The notes under the pieces were generated by a model. The model did not search any database. It was not told the DNA's origin and saw only the letters and a program-made list of their open reading frames with translations. A stretch of 64,000 nucleotides of DNA from an uncultured Alphaproteobacteria bacterium (lineage in GTDB: Bacteria; Pseudomonadota; Alphaproteobacteria; Rhizobiales; Xanthobacteraceae). Positions 58,888-64,000 of the stretch are shown piece by piece. The stretch is taken from contig CAVULP010000003.1 in assembly GCA_963742375.1 (NCBI GenBank), positions 61,420-125,419 of the forward strand, given 5' to 3'. The stretch's first letter is position 1; each line of letters opens with the position of its first letter. The position numbers and the translations under genes were made by a program.

Positions 58888-58921
58888 GAAGGCCGTCGGT
58901 TCTCGGCGGCCTTCTTGTTTT
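58888..58921 (+). terminator. Intrinsic terminator after the MBL gene
   Basis: Stem GAAGGCCGTCG / CGGCGGCCTTC followed by TTGTTTT. Confidence 0.7.
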
Positions 58922-58930
58922 AGGCGCGTC

Positions 58931-58959
58931 TTGACCCCCGGGCGCGGGCGCCTTATATC
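58931..58959 (+). promoter_or_regulatory. Sigma70-type promoter for the argC leader
   Basis: TTGACC-N17-TATATC; the ATG at 58967 follows the -10 after a 7-nt gap. Confidence 0.65.
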
Positions 58960-58966
58960 GCGCCCC

Positions 58967-59089
58967 ATGACGACGCCTATTGCAGTTTCGAGGCTCCGCC
59001 GCCGCCGTGCCACCACGGCACGGGCGCGCGTCGTAATCGTCGTTCCCGTGCCGCCGGACATCAGGCCCGCGGCGCTTTTCCCCTGCTAA
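58967..59089 (+). CDS. Putative Arg-rich leader peptide (uORF, 40 aa) upstream of argC
   Basis: MTTPIAVSRLRRRRATTARARVVIVVPVPPDIRPAALFPC*; 8 Arg codons, 5 of them in codons 9-14; starts at the predicted TSS. Confidence 0.55.
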   Translation: MTTPIAVSRLRRRRATTARARVVIVVPVPPDIRPAALFPC

Positions 59090-59149
59090 CATCCGCGCTG
59101 TTGGCCTTGCTCCGGTAGTCCTTTAAGACTCTGGATGAGGAATTCGGCG

Positions 59150-60208
59150 ATGGCCACCAAAGCCAGGATCGGCATTCTCGGCGCCTCCGGTTACACCGGC
59201 GCGGAGCTGGTGCGCATGCTGCTGCGTCATCCGCGCGCCGAGATCGTGCTGCTGACCGCCGAGCGCAGCGCCGGCAAGGCCATGCGCGAGGTGTTTCCGC
59301 AGTTCTCGCCGTTTAACCTACCGACGCTGACCGCCATCGACGGCATCGACTGGGCCAAAGCCGACTTGCATGTCGCCTTCTGCGCGCTGCCGCACGCGAC
59401 GACGCAGACCGTGATCAAGGCGCTGCTCGCCGCGGCGCCGGCCACCAAGGTGGTCGATCTGTCGGCCGACTTCCGGCTGGCGGATCCGGCGGCATACGCG
59501 AAATGGTACGGCCACGAGCACCACGCCCCCGAGCTGCAGAAGGAGGCGGTCTACGGCCTGACCGAAATCCACCGGCGCGAGATCAGGCACGCGCGGCTGA
59601 TCGCCAACCCCGGCTGCTACACGACCTGCGCGCAGCTGCCGCTGATCCCGCTGATCAAGGCCAAGGCGATCGATCTCGACGAGATCGTGGTGGACGCCAA
59701 GTCCGGCATGACCGGGGCGGGCCGGGCGGCGCGGGAAGCCATGCTGTTCTCGGAAGTCTCGGAAGGCTTCAACGCCTATGGCGTCGGCCACCACCGGCAC
59801 ATGGCCGAGCTCGACCAGGAATTTTCGCTTGCCGCCGGCCGGGAGGTGGTCGTCAGCTTCACCCCGCATCTGGTGCCGATGAACCGGGGGATTCTCTCAA
59901 CCATCTACGTACGGGGCCGGCGCGGGCGCACGCCGGAAGACCTTCATGCGATACTTTTAAAGACTTACATGAAGGAACCCTTCGTGCATGTGCTGCCGTT
60001 CGGCGAAACGCCGCAGACGCGGCATGTGCGCGGCTCCAATATGACCTTCATCGGGGTCGCCAAGGACCGCATCCCCGGACGCGCCATTATCGTTTCGGCG
60101 CTGGATAATCTGGTGAAGGGCGCCTCCGGCCAGGCGATCCAGAACATGAACCTGGTGATGGGCTGGCCGGAAACGATGGGGCTGGAGCAGGTGGCGCTGT
60201 TTCCCTGA
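59150..60208 (+). CDS. argC: N-acetyl-gamma-glutamyl-phosphate reductase
   Basis: GASGYTG, ALPH, DLSADFR, ANPGCY, SGMTGAGR, DNLVKGASGQA. Confidence 0.96.
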   Translation: MATKARIGILGASGYTGAELVRMLLRHPRAEIVLLTAERSAGKAMREVFPQFSPFNLPTLTAIDGIDWAKADLHVAFCALPHATTQTVIKALLAAAPATKVVDLSADFRLADPAAYAKWYGHEHHAPELQKEAVYGLTEIHRREIRHARLIANPGCYTTCAQLPLIPLIKAKAIDLDEIVVDAKSGMTGAGRAAREAMLFSEVSEGFNAYGVGHHRHMAELDQEFSLAAGREVVVSFTPHLVPMNRGILSTIYVRGRRGRTPEDLHAILLKTYMKEPFVHVLPFGETPQTRHVRGSNMTFIGVAKDRIPGRAIIVSALDNLVKGASGQAIQNMNLVMGWPETMGLEQVALFP

Positions 60209-60338
60209 CGTCGTTCCGGGGCGCGGCCTTTAGGCCGCGAACCCGGAATCCAGATACAATCCCTGAGTCTGCTTCTGGATTCCGGGTCCGCCCGCCTACG
60301 CGCCTGACGGCGCTTCGGCGCGGCGTCCCGGAATGACG
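60209..60338. repeat. REP-like composite palindromic element
   Basis: CGTCGTTCCGGG ... CCCGGAATGACG termini with internal ACCCGGAATCCAGA / TCTGGATTCCGGGT inverted pair. Confidence 0.75.
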
Positions 60339-60347
60339 GGGAATCCC

Positions 60348-61964
60348 ATGTTCGAGGTCGACAACCAGCCGCCGCCGCTCGAGCCCTATAATGTGTTCGC
60401 CAGCGATGCGGCCTTGCGCGAGGCGGTCAAGCGCGAGCGCGCAGGCTGGGCCGCGGATGGCTTGAGCACGCTGGGCGCGACGCTCGGCAAGCCGGAGACG
60501 GTCAAGCTCGGCTTCGACGCCAACACCAATCCGCCGGTGCTGCACGCGCTCGACCGCTACGGGCACCGCATCGACGAGGTCGAGTTCCACCCCGCTTGGC
60601 ACGAGTTGATGGCGATTGCGCTGCGCGCCGGCTTGCATTCGAGCCCTTGGGCCAAGCCCGAAGCGGGCGCCCATGTGGCGCGCGCGGCCGGCACCTACAT
60701 GCTCACGCAGATCGAAAGCGGCGTTTATTGCCCGATCGCCATGACCTACGGCTCGGTGCCGACGCTCAAGCAGTCGCCGGACATCGCCAAGCAATGGCTG
60801 CCGAAGATTTATTCGCGCGATTACGACCGCCGCTTTGTTCCGATGGGCGAAAAGACGTCCGCGCTCGTCGGCATGGGCATGACCGAGAACCAGGGCGGCT
60901 CGGATTTGCGCACCAATACCACGCGCGCGGAGCCCGCGGACGGGGCCTTCCGCCTGCATGGGCATAAATGGTTTCTGTCGGCGCCGATGTGCGACGCTTT
61001 CCTCGTGCTCGCGCAAAGTCCGAAGGGCTTGAGCTGTTTCCTGATGCCGCGCTGGACGCCGGACGGGACGCGCAACGCGCTGCAGATCAACCGCCTGAAG
61101 GACAAGCTCGGCAACAAATCGAATGCGTCGAGCGAGGTGGAATTTTTCGGCGCCTATGCGCAACTGGTCGGCGAGGAGGGGCGCGGCATCCCGACCATCA
61201 TCGAGATGAGCAATTACACGCGGCTCGACTGCTGCATCGGTTCGTCGGGATTGATGCGCCAGGCGGTCGCGCAGGCGATCCATCACGCGCGCCACCGCAC
61301 GGCATTCCAGAAGAAGCTGATCGATCAGCCGCTGATGACCAATGTGCTGGCCGACCTCGCGCTCGAATCGGAAGCTGCCGCCGCGCTCACCTTCCGCCTG
61401 GCGCGCGCCTATGACGAGGCCGACACGGCCGACGTGGCAGCACAAGTCATCCGCCGGGTGGTGACGCCGGCGGGCAAGTTCTGGATCTGCAAGCGCACGC
61501 CGGCGGTCACGCAAGAGGCGATGGAGGTGCTGGGCGGCTCCGGCTACATCGAGGACAGCATCATGCCGCGGCTCTACCGCGAGGCGCCGGTCAATTCGAT
61601 CTGGGAAGGCTCCGGCAACGTCATGTGCCTCGATATGTTGCGCGCCATCGGCCGCACGAAGGATGCGGGCGAGGTGCTGCGCGCCGAGCTCGACGGCGGC
61701 GGCGATGCGCGGCTTAAAGGCTTTGCCGGCAAGCTCATGGCGCGGCTGGCGGCGCCCGAGCGCAATGACGAGCGCCAAGCGCGCGCGCTGACGCGCGACC
61801 TGGTGCTGGGCTTGCAAGGCGCGCTGCTCGTCAAGCACGCGCCGGCTTACGTCGCGGACGCCTTCTGCGCCAGCCGGCTCGCCGGCGACAGCTCGGCCTT
61901 CGGCCTGCTGCCGCGCGGCGCCGATCTCGCCGCGATCGTGGAGCGGGCGGCGCCGCAATCTTGA
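60348..61964 (+). CDS. aidB: Acyl-CoA dehydrogenase, AidB-like
   Basis: EVDNQPPPL, VEFHPAWH, CPIAMT, MGMTENQGGSD, KLGNKSNAS, PVNSIWEGSGN. Confidence 0.88.
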   Translation: MFEVDNQPPPLEPYNVFASDAALREAVKRERAGWAADGLSTLGATLGKPETVKLGFDANTNPPVLHALDRYGHRIDEVEFHPAWHELMAIALRAGLHSSPWAKPEAGAHVARAAGTYMLTQIESGVYCPIAMTYGSVPTLKQSPDIAKQWLPKIYSRDYDRRFVPMGEKTSALVGMGMTENQGGSDLRTNTTRAEPADGAFRLHGHKWFLSAPMCDAFLVLAQSPKGLSCFLMPRWTPDGTRNALQINRLKDKLGNKSNASSEVEFFGAYAQLVGEEGRGIPTIIEMSNYTRLDCCIGSSGLMRQAVAQAIHHARHRTAFQKKLIDQPLMTNVLADLALESEAAAALTFRLARAYDEADTADVAAQVIRRVVTPAGKFWICKRTPAVTQEAMEVLGGSGYIEDSIMPRLYREAPVNSIWEGSGNVMCLDMLRAIGRTKDAGEVLRAELDGGGDARLKGFAGKLMARLAAPERNDERQARALTRDLVLGLQGALLVKHAPAYVADAFCASRLAGDSSAFGLLPRGADLAAIVERAAPQS

Positions 61965-61986
61965 TATGAGCGGACGGTCATTCCGC

Positions 61987-62022
61987 CGTCATGCCCGGGC
62001 TTGTGCCGGGCGCCCACGTCTT
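61987..62022. repeat. Left arm of a REP hairpin split by an insertion
   Basis: CGTCATGCCCGGGCTTGTGCCGGGCGCCCACGTCTT; 30/36 reverse-complement match to 63392-63427. Confidence 0.8.
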
Positions 62023-62077
62023 GCTTTTTGACTAGGGCGTGCACTCATAAATTGAGGCTCGCGAGCAGCGCTTAGCC

Positions 62078-62149
62078 AATGTCTGCTTTACCCCCAAGAG
62101 CGGACATTACGCTCATGCGTTGGAATGTCCGCTATGTGCCAATAGCGAC
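62078..62149. repeat. Pair of ATGTCCGCT...AGCGGACAT-type hairpin repeats (left)
   Basis: AATGTCTGCTTTACCCCCAAGAGCGGACATT and AATGTCCGCTATGTGCCAATAGCGAC. Confidence 0.7.
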
Positions 62150-62174
62150 CAACGCACCGCAGCAAACAGTATCG

Positions 62175-63161
62175 TTATTCAATCACCTCGTCGGCGCTGG
62201 CAATAAGTTGCGGTGACACCGTGAGGCCAAGCGCTTTGGTGGTCTTGAGGTTGATGACGAAGTCAAACTTGGTCGGTTGGGTGACCGGCAGGTCGCCAGG
62301 CTTGGAACCTTTGAGAATTTTTCCGACGTAAGTGCCTGTCTGCCTAAAGCCGTCCGCAAAGTCGGTGCCGTAACTGATGAGACCGCCAATGCTTGTAAAG
62401 CCGCGGTGAGGATAGATAGCAGGTAGTCGATATCGGGCCGCCAATGCCACGATCTGCTCGCGTCGGCCAGTAAAGAAGGGGGCCTGTGCGATCTGGAGTG
62501 CGGCGGCCCCTTGTTGAGCAAAGGCCGCGATGGCAGCGTCAATTTCCTTGGCCGAGTTAACTTGCACAATAGATATTTTGCGTTTGGTCGCGTCTGCGGC
62601 TTCCTGCAAAGCGCGCACCTGGAGATTGGCGTCCGGAAAAATCGGGTTTACCAGAATGCCAATCGTCGCAGTTCCGGGAACAATCTCATTGAGAAGCCCG
62701 AAACGCTTGGCTTCCAATTCGGTCCCAAGCAAGCTCACACCGGTCAAATTTCCTCCGGGTCGATTAAGGCTCGCAATTATGCCGGCTTTAACCGGATCGC
62801 CACCAGTGAGGAAAACAACAGGGATCGTGGTGGTCGCCGCCTTTGCCGCTTTCGCTGGACTATTGCCCCCGGCGGCGAAGATCACGGCGACCTTGCGGTC
62901 AACGAGTTCGGCGGCCAAGCCGGGCAGCCGCTCAGGGTGACCGTTCGCCCAGCGAAACTCGATCGCCACGTTCTGGCCTTGGACGAAGCCTGCTTCCTTG
63001 AGACCTTGCCGGAACCCGGCCAGCCACGCCGCCGGCACGTCTTCTGGCGGCAAGATGTGGAGGAAGCCTACTACCGGCATTGCCGTCTGCTGCGCACGCG
63101 CGGCCAACGGCCAGGCCGCCGCCGCGCCGCTAAGAAGCGTGATGAACTCGCGCCGCTGCAT
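62175..63161 (-). CDS. ABC transporter substrate-binding protein (ABC_sub_bind family, Tat-like signal), orphan
   Basis: MQRREFITLL start, GDPV..G..SLNRPGGN.TG, GGLISYG, INLKT.KALG, ADEVIE end; no permease or ATPase nearby. Confidence 0.88.
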   Translation of the reverse strand: MQRREFITLLSGAAAAWPLAARAQQTAMPVVGFLHILPPEDVPAAWLAGFRQGLKEAGFVQGQNVAIEFRWANGHPERLPGLAAELVDRKVAVIFAAGGNSPAKAAKAATTTIPVVFLTGGDPVKAGIIASLNRPGGNLTGVSLLGTELEAKRFGLLNEIVPGTATIGILVNPIFPDANLQVRALQEAADATKRKISIVQVNSAKEIDAAIAAFAQQGAAALQIAQAPFFTGRREQIVALAARYRLPAIYPHRGFTSIGGLISYGTDFADGFRQTGTYVGKILKGSKPGDLPVTQPTKFDFVINLKTTKALGLTVSPQLIASADEVIE

Positions 63162-63260
63162 GTCCGCCTCCAAGCTCAAGAGACATCATCTTATCGGCTC
63201 AAACGAGGTCTTAGATAGGGGCTGAAACCGGCATCAAAACCATGGCCGCAGTGCACAGCC

Positions 63261-63333
63261 AATGTCGCTGTTGGGTCAGAAGCGGACATTCCGCGATGTA
63301 CGGGGCATGTCCGCTTTACCCCCGAAAGCGGAC
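63261..63333. repeat. Pair of ATGTCCGCT...AGCGGACAT-type hairpin repeats (right)
   Basis: AATGTCGCTGTTGGGTCAGAAGCGGACATT and ATGTCCGCTTTACCCCCGAAAGCGGAC. Confidence 0.7.
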
Positions 63334-63391
63334 TTTCGACGGCGCATCCAAGTCGACATTTGGCCTTCTGATTATGAGTCCACGCCCTAGA

Positions 63392-63427
63392 AAGGCGTGG
63401 ATGGCCGGGACAAGCCCGGCCATGACG
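63392..63427. repeat. Right arm of a REP hairpin split by an insertion
   Basis: AAGGCGTGGATGGCCGGGACAAGCCCGGCCATGACG; inverted partner of 61987-62022. Confidence 0.8.
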
Positions 63428-63449
63428 AGTCAGCGGTAGGATGCGCGCT

Positions 63450-63848
63450 TCACAGCTTGCCGAACACCGCCAGCACCAACGCCGCCTGCGCCAGGAAGCC
63501 GACCGTGAAGGCGAGCGTGCGCAAAACGGGTAAGCCCAGTGCATAGATGACGGCATGCGCCAGCCGCGCCCAGAAATAGACCGCGCAGGCCAGCACCGTG
63601 CTTTGCGTCGAGTGGTGCATGACGTTCAGCGTCAGCACCAAAGCGGCAAACAGCACCAGGTTTTCGACCGCGTTGTCGTGCGCCTTCTGCAGGCGCTGCG
63701 CCCAGGCCGATTGCGGCCGGTCGTTGGGCGATGGGTTGGCCATCGCGCCCATCAGCCCGCGCACGTAAGCGCGGTCGAGGATGTAAGGGACCCACAACAG
63801 GCCTGTGAGGATCACCGTCAGCGTCAACCAGAACAGTTCTTTGGACAT
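63450..63848 (-). CDS. MAPEG family membrane protein
   Basis: LLWVPY, WAQRLQKAHDNAVENL..FA, YFWARLAH. Confidence 0.85.
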   Translation of the reverse strand: MSKELFWLTLTVILTGLLWVPYILDRAYVRGLMGAMANPSPNDRPQSAWAQRLQKAHDNAVENLVLFAALVLTLNVMHHSTQSTVLACAVYFWARLAHAVIYALGLPVLRTLAFTVGFLAQAALVLAVFGKL

Positions 63849-63924
63849 CGCCATTCCCCGGCATGAAAATGTTGACGGCTGCAAGCATAATGGATGACGG
63901 CGCGCTTGTCGCGGCCCGCAGACG

Positions 63925-64000
63925 TCACGCGCCCATTATCGCGCGCACGATGACGTAGATACCGATGACGATGATGATGCCGGAGAACGTGAGCGTGAGC
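63925..64000 (-). CDS. C-terminal fragment of a membrane protein (begins beyond the right edge)
   Basis: Minus-strand translation LTLTFSGIIIVIGIYVIVRAIMGA*, hydrophobic, with typical codon usage. Confidence 0.5.
   Translation of the reverse strand, partial: LTLTFSGIIIVIGIYVIVRAIMGA

Larger units (their letters stand above)
62032..63390. mobile_element. Non-autonomous TIR-bounded cargo element (MITE/mobile-insertion-cassette-like)
   Basis: Terminal inverted repeats CTAGGGCGTGCACTCATAA (62032-62050) and TTATGAGTCCACGCCCTAG (63372-63390), 18/19 match; CTAG at both junctions; AT-richer cargo; no transposase. Confidence 0.72.

Noticed and set aside
60087-61958. 623-aa antisense ORF, and similar long antisense ORFs over rne, sufB, sufS, the helicase and parE
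   Set aside because: Expected stop-poor shadow frames in high-GC coding DNA; no recognisable motifs
62078-63333. CRISPR array or classical integron attC sites
   Set aside because: Only four irregularly spaced, divergent hairpins; no cas or intI genes; no clear RYYYAAC/GTTRRRY cores

Overview
High-GC alphaproteobacterial chromosome segment; gene content and order point to Hyphomicrobiales, Xanthobacteraceae/Nitrobacteraceae-like. It is mostly core genes: aroQ, dsbA-like, M48 protease, aminotransferase, rne, amiC, PBP1A, prfB, M23 peptidase, bcp, YhdP/AsmA-like, tyrS, anmK, the iscS-sufBCDS-sufT-sufA cluster, a DEAD-box helicase, pobA, parE, argC and aidB. About half of the genes, including essential ones, are broken by single-base indels. 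These are best read as long-read consensus errors; only the prfB +1 site is a recognisable programmed frameshift. No rRNA, tRNA, CRISPR array or transposase was seen. The most notable observations are: (1) an apparently leaderless, Arg-rich 40-codon uORF and a long hairpin directly upstream of argC, a candidate arginine-sensing attenuator; (2) a ~1.36-kb transposase-free element with 19-bp terminal inverted repeats, inserted at CTAG in the loop of a REP hairpin and carrying an ABC substrate-binding gene flanked by its own hairpin repeats; (3) a Cys-tailed ECF sigma factor with no anti-sigma, next to a VKOR gene preceded by an ECF-type promoter; (4) tandem perfect CRP-type boxes before a small secreted protein; (5) a lower-GC Crp/Crp/histidine-kinase islet with shared motifs. 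Coordinates of frameshifted genes are approximate.
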